Shown one piece after another: positions 9,084 through 18,004 of a DNA stretch of 35,967 nucleotides. The DNA lies in assembly GCA_964343545.1 (NCBI GenBank), contig CAYFKX010000001.1, positions 1 through 35,967 on the forward strand, read 5' to 3'. The DNA is from an uncultured Bifidobacteriaceae bacterium. GTDB taxonomy: Bacteria > Actinomycetota > Actinomycetes > S36-B12 > UBA5976. Within the stretch, counting starts at the first letter, position 1. Every line of letters starts with the position of its first letter. Both the position numbers and the translations under genes were made by a program. The notes beneath the pieces are model-generated. The model did not search any database, was not told where the DNA came from, and saw only the letters and a list, made by a program, of their open reading frames with translations.

Positions 9084-12000
9084 GTGAGTTTCGGCTTCAG
9101 TACTGCCACGGCGAGTTGGCTGCGTGCTGCGTTTGCCGAGCCCACGCCCGCCCAGGCAGGTGCCTGGCAGGCCATCGCCGAAGGTCGACACACGCTGGTC
9201 GTCGCTCCAACCGGCTCTGGCAAAACCCTCGCAGCGTTCCTGTCAGCCCTTGATCGACTCGGTCGTGACGGCGACCAGGGGCTGTCCAATGAGCAACGCT
9301 GTCGGGTTGTCTACGTGTCGCCGCTGAAAGCGCTGGCCAGCGACATCGAACGCAATCTGCGCGCACCACTGGTCGGCATCGAGCAAGAGCACATCCGCGC
9401 AGGGATGCCCTGGCCGGGGATTCGTGTAGGTGTGCGCACCGGTGACACACCACAGTCCGAGCGCACTGCACTTGTGCGCCAACCGCCAGACATCCTCATC
9501 ACGACACCGGAGTCGCTGTATCTCATGCTGACGTCGCGCGCTCGGTCGATTCTGCGCGGGGTAGACACTGTGATCGTCGACGAAGTGCACGCGATTGCCG
9601 GCAGCAAGCGCGGCTCTCACCTGGCCTTGACGCTGGCGCGACTCGATGCGTGGTCACACAAACCCATCCAGCGCATCGGACTTTCAGCGACCGTGAGGCC
9701 GTTGAGCACTGTGGCCACCTGGCTCGCGCCGGCTGGTGATGCGGTGATCGTCAATCCTGCGATGGCCAAGCAGTGGGACTTATCGGTGGTGGTTCCGGTA
9801 CCCGACATGGCCAACCTGCCTGGCACGGCATCGGATGCTGACAGTGCACGCGAATGGTCGAACGCTCCGAGTAACCCGTCAATCTGGCCGCATGTTGAGG
9901 CGCGCGTGGCCGAGGTCATCAGTCAGCACCGCTCAACCATCGTGTTTGCCAACAGTCGACGGCAGACCGAGCGTTTGACGCAGCGGCTGAACGAGTTGAG
10001 CGCAGACGAGTCATCGGCAACGCCGGCACCGCAGTCCGATGGTGCGTCCATTGGCGAGCGCAGTGGTGCGTCCATTGGCGAGCGCGGTGGTGCGTCCATC
10101 GGCGAGTCCGATGGCGAGTCCGATGGCAGTGGCGACCTTGCCACACCCGCTGCGCAGTCACGGGTCATCGCACGCGCCCACCATGGATCGGTGAGCAAAG
10201 AGCAACGTCGCGAGATTGAAGAAGCACTCAAACGAGGCGAGCTCACTGCGGTCGTCGCAACGAGCAGCCTTGAACTCGGAATCGATATGGGTGCTGTCGA
10301 TGTGGTGGTGCAAGTGGAGTCACCACCGTCAGTGGCCAGTGGACTGCAACGGGTGGGTCGCGCCGGCCATCAGGTGGGCGCAGTATCGCGCGGGGTGCTG
10401 TTCCCCAAGTTTCGTGGAGACCTCGTGCAGACCGCGGTCGTGGTCGAGCGGATGCGCGCCGGACTTATCGAAGAATTGCGCGTGCCACGCAACGCACTCG
10501 ATGTCTTGGCCCAACAAATCGTGGCGATTGTCGCCATGGACGACATCAGCAGTGACGACCTGTTCGATCTTGCTCGACGCGCTGCTGGCTATACCGAACT
10601 GCCACGCAGCGCCTTCGACGCGGTACTCGACCTGCTCTCCGGCAGGTACGCGCATGACGAGTACGCCGAACTGCGCCCACGCATCGTGTGGGAGCGCGAT
10701 ACCGACACCCTGCGCGCGCGGACATCAAGTCAGCGACTGGCGGTCACAAACGGTGGAACCATCCCTGACCGCGGCATGTTCCCCGTGCTCATGGTCGGCG
10801 AGCGCAACACCCGGGTCGGCGAGCTGGACGAGGAAATGGTCTACGAGTCTCGGGTCGGTGATGTGTTCGCGCTCGGCACCAACGCCTGGCGGATCGAGGA
10901 CATCAGCCATGACAGTGTGTTCGTCAGCCCCGCACCCGGGCAGGTTGGCAAACTGCCATTCTGGACCGGCGACAACCTTGGTCGACCACTAGAACTCGGC
11001 CGAGCAGTCGGGGCCTTCGTGCGGGAGATTGACTCCAGCGAGCCACCGCAGGCGCGTGCGCGCTTGTTGGACATTGGATTGGACGAGTACGCCTGCGACA
11101 ACCTTCAGGCCTACCTTGCCGAACAGCGGCTCGCGGTTGGTGCCTTGCCGCATGACCAGCAAATCATCGTCGAACGCGCTCGAGACGAACTTGGCGATTG
11201 GCGGGTCATCATTCACTCCCCCTTCGGTGCGGCAGTCCATGCTCCGTGGGCGCTACTCATCAACACCGCCTTCAGCGAGCGGTTCGGCTTTGATGCCCAG
11301 GTCTCACATGCCGACGATGGCGTGGTCCTGCGCATCCCCGACTTCGCTGACGAGTTCGACACCGCACAACTGCTCGACTGCATCACCTTCGACCCCGATG
11401 ATGTCGAGGAGTCACTGAATTCACTGGTCGGCGGCTCGGCCCTGTTCGCAGCCCGGTTCCGAGAGTGCGCCGGTCGGGCGCTGCTGCTGCCCAAACGCGA
11501 TCCAAGCCGGCGAGCACCCTTGTGGCAGCAGCGACAACGCGCTGCGCAACTACTGGCCATCGCGTCGAAGTACTCCACATTCCCGATGCTCTTAGAAACG
11601 ATGCGGGAAGTGACCCAGGACGTCTACGACGTGCCGGGCCTGCGCTGGCTCATGGGCGCACTGCGAGATGAACAAGTGCGCATCATCGAGTGCGAGTCTG
11701 ATGTCGCCTCACCGTTCGCAAAATCCTTGCTGTACGGCTACGTCGCACAGTTCCTCTATGAAGGTGACAACCCGTTGGCGGAACGTCGGGCCGCAGCGCT
11801 GAGCCTGGACGCTGACCTTCTGACGGAACTACTCGGGACCCCCGACCTAGCCGAATTGCTCGATGCAGATGTCATCGCCAGCGTCCATGCAGACCTGCAA
11901 CGTCTGTCAGCAGAGCGCAAGGCCACCTCCCTGGACCAGACAGCCGACCTGTTCCGAGTGCTCGGTCCACTGACTCGCGATGCGGCACTGCTGCGCGGAG

Positions 12001-13676
12001 CCGAACCGCACTGGCTCGATGCACTTGTTGACTCACGCCGAGTCATCGAGGTGCGCATTGGCGGCACCCCCACTCTGGCCGCCGTTGAAGACAGCGGACG
12101 ATTGCGTGACGGCCTCGGAGTGGCGTTGCCGGTTGGCATCCCCGCGGCATTCACCGATGTCGTGCCAGCACCGCTGCATGACTTGCTTGCGCGCTGGGGG
12201 CGTACGCGTGGCCCGTTCACGCTCGCGGACGCCTGCGCCACGTGGGGTCTTGCCGCCGCCGTCGTCACATTGGTAGCCGATGACCTCGTGGCCCAAAGGC
12301 GCTGGCGAACCGGTCACTTCAGTGCACAGAACCACAGCGCTGAGTACTGCGATGTCGACGTCATCCGTCAACTACGACGGCGCACAGTCGCGGCGCTTCG
12401 GCAGCAGGCCGAACCGGTGCCGCAGCAGGCATACGCCAGGTTCTTGCCCGACTGGCACGGCTGCGGGCATGGCCGCCGAGGCCTATCCGGGCTGATTGCC
12501 ACCATCGAGCAACTCCAGGGCTACCCCATCCCAGCGAGCGCACTGGAGACCGCAGTGCTGCCTAACCGCATCGCGGGATACCTGCCGAACTTGCTCGATG
12601 AGTTAATGCTCAGCGGGGAACTGAGTTGGGTCGGCCGCGGTGCATTGCCCGGCCAGGACGGCTGGATCACGTTGCTCCCCCATGGATCGCGACTGCTGCC
12701 CACTGCCGGTGCCGCGCAATTCGTACCCGATGGCCTGCACAACGCCGTGCTGGAGACTGTCGGTACTGCGGGGGCATGGCTATTCACTGACATCGAGCAC
12801 GCCTGTCGTGAGCGAGGACTCACTGCAACTGCGAAGGAACTAGGCACGGCCATCTGGGAACTGGTCTGGGCCGGTCACCTCACGAACAACTCGCTTGCGC
12901 CGCTACGCGCATACCTGGCTGGATCGACTGGGTCAGCCGGAACCCGTCGCCCACGGTTGGGGTCGGGCACTCGTGGACTCTCGCGCCAACCAACCGCGCT
13001 TCGCCTGTCCGGGCGCTGGCTCAGCACCGGATCAACGTGCGTCGATGACACTCGTACCCGAGCCGCAGCCGCCGAGCAGCTTCTGCAGCGACACGCGGTA
13101 GTCACCGGCGGCGCTGTTACCACCGAACGCATCATCGGCGGTTGGTCGCAGATGTTCGCGGTGTTGTCCGCACTTGAAGAGCGCGGTCGGGGCCAACGCG
13201 GATACGTCATCGATGGACTTGGCGGGGCGCAGTTCGCTACCTCGACCGCTATCGACCGACTGCGACAGTTCGCATCCGACACCGTCACGTCCCGCAGCTT
13301 CGTCTTGGCCGCAACCGACCCGGCTAACCCATTTGGTGCGGCCCTGGCTTGGCCGCGGCATCCGCATCTGGCCTCCGGACATCGCCCCGGCCGCAAAGTC
13401 GGCGCGTTCGTGGTCTTGGTCGATGGGCAGTTGGCGTTGTACCTCGAACGTGGTGGCAAAACCTTGCTGTGTTTTGCCACCGACGATGCGCTCGTGGCAG
13501 CAGCGGCCCAGGTTCTGGTCGCCGCAACGCAACTGCGAGTGGTGCCAGCCATGTGCATCGAAGTCATCGATGGCACCTCAGTCGCAGGCGTTGCTGCTGG
13601 GCGCGCCGCTCAGATTGCTCTGACCTTGGAGAATGCTGGATTCACGCGCAGCCCACGAGGGTTACGAGCTCGATGA
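9084..13676 (+). CDS. lhr: Lhr-family ATP-dependent DNA/RNA helicase (large helicase-related protein)
   Basis: About 1530 aa from the GTG at 9084 (AAGGA 7 nt upstream). Motifs seen: VVAPTGSGKTLAAF (Walker A), VIVDEVHAI (DEVH box), GLSATV, ARAHHGSVSKEQR, VATSSLELGIDMG and QRVGRAGH. A long Lhr C-terminal extension follows. It is followed 6 nt later by nei, as in mycobacterial lhr-nei2. Confidence 0.9.
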   Translation: MSFGFSTATASWLRAAFAEPTPAQAGAWQAIAEGRHTLVVAPTGSGKTLAAFLSALDRLGRDGDQGLSNEQRCRVVYVSPLKALASDIERNLRAPLVGIEQEHIRAGMPWPGIRVGVRTGDTPQSERTALVRQPPDILITTPESLYLMLTSRARSILRGVDTVIVDEVHAIAGSKRGSHLALTLARLDAWSHKPIQRIGLSATVRPLSTVATWLAPAGDAVIVNPAMAKQWDLSVVVPVPDMANLPGTASDADSAREWSNAPSNPSIWPHVEARVAEVISQHRSTIVFANSRRQTERLTQRLNELSADESSATPAPQSDGASIGERSGASIGERGGASIGESDGESDGSGDLATPAAQSRVIARAHHGSVSKEQRREIEEALKRGELTAVVATSSLELGIDMGAVDVVVQVESPPSVASGLQRVGRAGHQVGAVSRGVLFPKFRGDLVQTAVVVERMRAGLIEELRVPRNALDVLAQQIVAIVAMDDISSDDLFDLARRAAGYTELPRSAFDAVLDLLSGRYAHDEYAELRPRIVWERDTDTLRARTSSQRLAVTNGGTIPDRGMFPVLMVGERNTRVGELDEEMVYESRVGDVFALGTNAWRIEDISHDSVFVSPAPGQVGKLPFWTGDNLGRPLELGRAVGAFVREIDSSEPPQARARLLDIGLDEYACDNLQAYLAEQRLAVGALPHDQQIIVERARDELGDWRVIIHSPFGAAVHAPWALLINTAFSERFGFDAQVSHADDGVVLRIPDFADEFDTAQLLDCITFDPDDVEESLNSLVGGSALFAARFRECAGRALLLPKRDPSRRAPLWQQRQRAAQLLAIASKYSTFPMLLETMREVTQDVYDVPGLRWLMGALRDEQVRIIECESDVASPFAKSLLYGYVAQFLYEGDNPLAERRAAALSLDADLLTELLGTPDLAELLDADVIASVHADLQRLSAERKATSLDQTADLFRVLGPLTRDAALLRGAEPHWLDALVDSRRVIEVRIGGTPTLAAVEDSGRLRDGLGVALPVGIPAAFTDVVPAPLHDLLARWGRTRGPFTLADACATWGLAAAVVTLVADDLVAQRRWRTGHFSAQNHSAEYCDVDVIRQLRRRTVAALRQQAEPVPQQAYARFLPDWHGCGHGRRGLSGLIATIEQLQGYPIPASALETAVLPNRIAGYLPNLLDELMLSGELSWVGRGALPGQDGWITLLPHGSRLLPTAGAAQFVPDGLHNAVLETVGTAGAWLFTDIEHACRERGLTATAKELGTAIWELVWAGHLTNNSLAPLRAYLAGSTGSAGTRRPRLGSGTRGLSRQPTALRLSGRWLSTGSTCVDDTRTRAAAAEQLLQRHAVVTGGAVTTERIIGGWSQMFAVLSALEERGRGQRGYVIDGLGGAQFATSTAIDRLRQFASDTVTSRSFVLAATDPANPFGAALAWPRHPHLASGHRPGRKVGAFVVLVDGQLALYLERGGKTLLCFATDDALVAAAAQVLVAATQLRVVPAMCIEVIDGTSVAGVAAGRAAQIALTLENAGFTRSPRGLRAR
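10035..10130 (+). repeat. In-frame imperfect tandem repeat inside lhr (24-nt unit x about 3, then 12-nt unit x 2)
   Basis: DNA units are GGTGCGTCCATTGGCGAGCGCAGT / GGTGCGTCCATTGGCGAGCGCGGT / GGTGCGTCCATCGGCGAG, then TCCGATGGCGAG / TCCGATGGCAGT. They encode GASIGERS-GASIGERG-GASIGE-SDGE-SDGS in the linker between the two RecA-like helicase lobes. Confidence 0.85.
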
Positions 13677-13682
13677 GTCAAC

Positions 13683-14495
13683 ATGCCTGAAGGCGACACT
13701 GTGTGGCGCGCTGCTCGCAGCTTGCGCGCGGCACTTGCTGGTCAGGTCATCGTCCGAAGTGACCTGCGCGTGCCAGCACACGCCACCGCTGACTTGCGTG
13801 GGTGGCAAGTCGCCGATGTCGTCAGCGCGGGCAAGCACCTGCTCATGCGGTTGCGCCAGGAACCGCATGGGCAAGGGGTCACCTTGCACACCCACCTCGG
13901 AATGGACGGGCGTTGGCGGGTCTACTCGATGCGCTCACGGCCGCATGTGACGCATCGGACCCGAGTCATCCTGCAGACCGCAACCTGCGTGGCAGTCGGA
14001 AACAGCCTGCCGGTGGTTGAACTGCTGCCTGCTTCTGAGGAGCATCGCATCGTGGACCGGCTCGGCCCTGACTGCCTCGGGGAGAACTGGGACATCGACA
14101 CGGCGGTGGCAAACCTCGCTGCGGCACCACAACGCAACATCGGGCATGCCCTGTTAGACCAGCGCAATCTTGCCGGCGTGGGCAACGTATACCGCAGCGA
14201 AGTGCTGTTCCTGCGAGGTATTCATCCCCGCGCCCGCGTGGGCGATGTCGCAGATCTGCACACGTTGGTAGCGACCGCGGCTGACTTACTCACTGCCAAC
14301 CGAGAGCGAACCACCCGAAACACCACTGGACTACTCGGGCGAGGTCGCGAACTTTTCGTCTACGGACGGTCAGGGCGACCCTGTCTGCGCTGTGCGTCGA
14401 CTGTCCTCACTGCGGACCTACCCGCTGACAAGGGTGAGATGGGGCAGCGAGTCGTCTACTGGTGCCCGCGATGCCAGCCGACTGCGGGCAACTAA
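13683..14495 (+). CDS. nei: Fpg/Nei-family DNA glycosylase/AP lyase (endonuclease VIII, Nei2-like)
   Basis: N-terminal MPEGDTVWR (catalytic Pro2/Glu3 context), an H2TH region LLDQRNLAGVGNVYRSEVLF, and a C-terminal zinc finger CLRC...CPRC. Tightly linked to lhr. Confidence 0.85.
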   Translation: MPEGDTVWRAARSLRAALAGQVIVRSDLRVPAHATADLRGWQVADVVSAGKHLLMRLRQEPHGQGVTLHTHLGMDGRWRVYSMRSRPHVTHRTRVILQTATCVAVGNSLPVVELLPASEEHRIVDRLGPDCLGENWDIDTAVANLAAAPQRNIGHALLDQRNLAGVGNVYRSEVLFLRGIHPRARVGDVADLHTLVATAADLLTANRERTTRNTTGLLGRGRELFVYGRSGRPCLRCASTVLTADLPADKGEMGQRVVYWCPRCQPTAGN

Positions 14496-14788
14496 GCCGC
14501 GGCAATCGGTCCAGGTGCGTTGTTGCTGCGCTGCGGAACCACTGTCAGTGACCGCCCTTGAGTCGTTGCCATGCCATCAGCCGCAGCGCGAATCAGCACA
14601 CTGACATCGATGCCCAGAGCACCGCAGACGGCCGTGAGCAACTCCGAGGACATCTCTTTGTGGCCGCGCTCCACTTCACTGAGGTAGCCAAGGGACACCC
14701 CCGCCTGACGAGCGACGTCGCGTAGTGACAACTTGGCGGACGCGCGCCGCTGGCGCAGGGCCACGCCAAGTGCTTCGCGGAACAGCAT
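14492..14788 (-). CDS. clgR: XRE-family HTH transcriptional regulator, probable ClgR (Clp/Lon gene regulator)
   Basis: 98 aa with LSLRDVARQAGVSLGYLSEVERGHKEMSSELLTAVCGALGI, which closely resembles actinobacterial ClgR. It occupies the conserved position downstream of pgsA-cinA. A GGAGG lies 4 nt before the ATG. Confidence 0.7.
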   Translation of the reverse strand: MLFREALGVALRQRRASAKLSLRDVARQAGVSLGYLSEVERGHKEMSSELLTAVCGALGIDVSVLIRAAADGMATTQGRSLTVVPQRSNNAPGPIAAA

Positions 14789-14825
14789 CGCCCCTCCAGT
14801 GCCGCTTGACCGACCGGGATTCGTT

Positions 14826-14847
14826 GTACCTGCGAGCGCGCAGGTAC
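14826..14847. promoter_or_regulatory. 22-bp near-perfect palindrome in the cinA-clgR intergenic region (operator or RNA hairpin)
   Basis: GTACCTGCG-AGCG-CGCAGGTAC has 9-bp arms and a 4-nt centre. It lies 38-59 nt upstream of the clgR ATG and 52 nt downstream of the cinA stop. Confidence 0.4.
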
Positions 14848-14898
14848 CTCCCAGACATAAGGGTAGACGTGCACGGAGCGCATCGGCGAGCGCGACGC

Positions 14899-15381
14899 TC
14901 AGGAAAGGACATCCAAAAGGGCTCGCAGCCCCGCGTCGGCTGCATGAGCGCGGACTGCGTCACGATTGCCCGCAAAGTCATGGGAACTGGTGACCAGCGT
15001 GTCTGCGGTAGCGACCGCCAAGCACACCCGGCCAGCAGCCGCTCCGAGCGCCGCACCTGGCCCTGCGACACCAGTGGTCGCCAGTGCATGACTGGCACCG
15101 GTGGCCAGTAGAACCCCTCGCGCCATCGCAGCGGCGGTCCATTCGCTGACCACACCATGGTGCGACATCTGCACCGCATCCACCCCCAGCAGGTCACACT
15201 TCATCCGCTCGGAGTAGGCCACAACCCCAGCCAAGAACACCTGCGATGCCCCGGGCACAGATGTCAACTGCTGTGCGATGAGCCCGCCGGTCACACTCTC
15301 AGCGACTGCGATGAGCGCACCACGGGCCTTCGCGACCGACACAATGTGCTCGCACAACTCTGGAGGGGTGGCAGTACTCAC
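14899..15381 (-). CDS. cinA: CinA-family protein, PncC-type nicotinamide-nucleotide amidohydrolase domain only
   Basis: 160 aa with a GTG start. LIAVAESVTGGLIAQQLTSVPGASQVFLAGVVAYS is the CinA C-terminal (ESxTGG) signature. Confidence 0.85.
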   Translation of the reverse strand: MSTATPPELCEHIVSVAKARGALIAVAESVTGGLIAQQLTSVPGASQVFLAGVVAYSERMKCDLLGVDAVQMSHHGVVSEWTAAAMARGVLLATGASHALATTGVAGPGAALGAAAGRVCLAVATADTLVTSSHDFAGNRDAVRAHAADAGLRALLDVLS

Positions 15382-15399
15382 AGCGCGCTGTCCCGAGAA

Positions 15400-15954
15400 C
15401 TAACCGCCGACTGCGGTCATCTGACGCCCACGACGGGCGGCGATGAAGTAGTCGACGCCAGTTGCCACGGTGACCACAACGGCGGCAGCCATGAGGCCCG
15501 AGGAGATGCCTTGCCAGAGGCCATCGAAGTTCAAGATGAAGCCCACGATGGCAATCATCTGCAACGTGGTCTTGGTCTTGCCGCCACGACTCGCAGGTAC
15601 GACTCCGGAACCAAGCACGGTGAATCGCCAGACGGTGATTGAGATTTCACGCGTCATCACCACCACAGTCACCCACCACGGCAACTGACCCAACATGCTC
15701 AGCCCGACAAACGCCGCACCGGTCAACGCCTTGTCAGCGATTGGGTCGGCAAGCGCGCCGAACTCAGTGGTCTGTCCCCACCGACGAGCAAGGTTTCCGT
15801 CGTACAAGTCAGTCACTGATGCTGCCAAGAACACCGCAACCGCCCACCAGCGATGGGTACCGGCTGACTCCGACAGCAGGAGCACGAGAAAAACCGGCAC
15901 CATCAGGAGGCGGATTCCGGTCAGCACATTCGGCACATTCCAGTGTGCGTTCAT
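15400..15954 (-). CDS. pgsA: CDP-diacylglycerol--glycerol-3-phosphate 3-phosphatidyltransferase
   Basis: Carries the CDP-alcohol phosphatidyltransferase motif DLYDGNLARRWGQTTEFGALADPIADK and several TM helices. Its ATG overlaps the rimO stop (ATGA). Confidence 0.9.
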   Translation of the reverse strand: MNAHWNVPNVLTGIRLLMVPVFLVLLLSESAGTHRWWAVAVFLAASVTDLYDGNLARRWGQTTEFGALADPIADKALTGAAFVGLSMLGQLPWWVTVVVMTREISITVWRFTVLGSGVVPASRGGKTKTTLQMIAIVGFILNFDGLWQGISSGLMAAAVVVTVATGVDYFIAARRGRQMTAVGG

Positions 15955-17366
15955 CGTGCCGCTCCGGCCGTGGCGCGAGCCACTAAGTCCGCACCTGAGG
16001 AGTCCTGCACCACAGCGGTGACGATATCGCCAACGGCCACGTCCGTGGCGTCAATCAACGTGGTGATTCCGTCCACTTCTGGTCCTTGATGGCGGGCTCG
16101 ACCTTCCACCACAGTCCCCGCGACGGACTCCACAAGCACCTCAACCTGCTCGCCAACGCGATCCTCGGCCCGCTGGCTGATGAGCTCCTCGACGAGGGCA
16201 TTGATGTGCTCAACACGACGAGTTACCTCATCTGTCGGCAGTTGCCGATCAAGGCCGGCTGCCTCGGTACCGTCTTCAGGACTGAAACCGAACACACCGA
16301 CCGCATCGAGTCGCGCCGCCACTAAGAACGACTCCAACTGTGCGAGGTCCTCCTCAGTCTCACCAGGAAAACCGACGATGACATTGCTGCGGATACCGCA
16401 GGTGGAGTTCGCCGAGCGCATCTGGTCAATAAGCGCCAAGAAGTCATCCGCACCACCAAAACGGCGCATCCGCCGAAGCACTGACGGGCTCGCGTGCTGG
16501 AAGGACATGTCGAAATAGGGCACGACCCCAGGTGTGCTTGCAATGACCGACACCAGCGACGGGCGCATCTCGGCTGGCTGCAAGTACGACGTACGCACCC
16601 ATGCCAGGCCAGGGGTCTGCGCGAGGTCCAGCAGGAGGCCGTCCAGCAACTGCTGGCCTCCGATGTCCTTGCCATAGGAGGTGGTGTTCTCGCTGACCAA
16701 CACGACTTCTTTCACACCGCTGTCGGCTAGCCAGACCGCTTCCCCAAGGACTTCCTGGGCAGGACGGCTGATGAACGCCCCGCGGAACGAGGGAATCGCA
16801 CAGAACGAACAACGCCGGTCACAGCCGCTGGCAAGTTTCAATGGCGCTGACGGACCACTGCCGAGTCGGCGGCGGAACACATCGGCCATACCTCCGTGTC
16901 CAGGGATAACCACATCGTCCGACGCGGCGGGGCGTTGAGCCGGCGCGATGGGCAGCACAAGCCGACGGTCAGTGGGGGTGTGCGACATCGGACGCTCGCC
17001 GTTGACAACTCGACGCAGACGCTCACCGAGATCGTTGTAGGAGTCGAACCCAAGCACCGCGTCAGCTTCAGGTAGTGCGTCAGCAAGTTCTTTGCCATAA
17101 CGCTGCGCGAAGCAACCGACCGCGACCACAGCCTTGACTCCGTGGCTGCTCTTGTAGTCCGCAGCGGCCAGCAAAGCGTCGATCGAGTCCTTCTTTGCCG
17201 ACTCAATGAACCCACACGTGTTGACCACGATGGCATCGGCATCTGACGGTTCGGACACGAGTTCCCAGCCATCGGCCGCGAGCCGACCGGCAAGTTCTTC
17301 AGAATCGACGTCATTGCGCGCGCAGCCCAACGTCACCATCGCCACGCGCGTACTTGTCACAGGCAC
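15951..17366 (-). CDS. rimO: Ribosomal protein S12 methylthiotransferase RimO
   Basis: Contains VAMVTLGCARNDVDSEELAG, NTCGFIESAKKDS, the radical-SAM CDRRCSFC, and a C-terminal TRAM-like region. The exact GTG/ATG start is uncertain. Confidence 0.88.
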   Translation of the reverse strand: MPVTSTRVAMVTLGCARNDVDSEELAGRLAADGWELVSEPSDADAIVVNTCGFIESAKKDSIDALLAAADYKSSHGVKAVVAVGCFAQRYGKELADALPEADAVLGFDSYNDLGERLRRVVNGERPMSHTPTDRRLVLPIAPAQRPAASDDVVIPGHGGMADVFRRRLGSGPSAPLKLASGCDRRCSFCAIPSFRGAFISRPAQEVLGEAVWLADSGVKEVVLVSENTTSYGKDIGGQQLLDGLLLDLAQTPGLAWVRTSYLQPAEMRPSLVSVIASTPGVVPYFDMSFQHASPSVLRRMRRFGGADDFLALIDQMRSANSTCGIRSNVIVGFPGETEEDLAQLESFLVAARLDAVGVFGFSPEDGTEAAGLDRQLPTDEVTRRVEHINALVEELISQRAEDRVGEQVEVLVESVAGTVVEGRARHQGPEVDGITTLIDATDVAVGDIVTAVVQDSSGADLVARATAGAAR

Positions 17367-17383
17367 TCAGCCTACGGCCTAGT

Positions 17384-17845
17384 TCACGGCCGCAGCGAAG
17401 GCGCGACTCCCAGTGACCACGTTGCAGCAGATGGTGATGGCGCGACGCCGACGGCACGTGTCGTTGGTAGCGGCTCGCGTGCCCGTGCGTCCGCAGCTAG
17501 CAGCGCGTAGCCGAGTGCACCGACGAGAACCAGCACCGTCATGAACCACATCATGGGCAGCCACGGCCTTGCTGCTCGCGGCGCAGTGTCGGCCATCGGT
17601 TCAGGTTGCGGCTGGTAGGCGGTCGAGTACTCAGCAACGATGTCATCTGCTGGCAGGTCCAGATAGCTAGCGATGCAGCGCAGATAACCGCGGACATACG
17701 CAGGCGGGCCGCACGGCGTGAAGTCATCCGCCTCAAGCCATTGCAGCACTTGCGGACGCAGTCGTACTGCCTCCGCAAGCTGCCCGATTGCCATGCCGCG
17801 CTCGAGACGGGCGGCATGGAGACGAGCGCCGATGGTGTGCTCCAT
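17384..17845 (-). CDS. RodZ-like membrane-anchored helix-turn-helix protein
   Basis: The N-terminal HTH is MEHTIGARLHAARLERGMAIGQLAEAVRLRPQVLQWLE, followed by YVRGYLRCIASYLDL and a single TM helix (WLPMMWFMTVLVLVGALGYALL). I prefer the start at 17845 over the longest ORF (17917). Confidence 0.65.
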   Translation of the reverse strand: MEHTIGARLHAARLERGMAIGQLAEAVRLRPQVLQWLEADDFTPCGPPAYVRGYLRCIASYLDLPADDIVAEYSTAYQPQPEPMADTAPRAARPWLPMMWFMTVLVLVGALGYALLAADARAREPLPTTRAVGVAPSPSAATWSLGVAPSLRP

Positions 17846-18004
17846 AGTGCACACATCGTCCCGAGCAACCGAGCAGCGCCGTGACGGTTCTGAGTGCGAG
17901 TGCCGATATGCGGACACTTGGGGCCGGCTATTGCAGCCGGGCTGGGTACGCGCGGCGGTGCCGCTGGCGTTGTGACCGGTGGGCTGTTTGGAGCGGGTAC
18001 CTAG

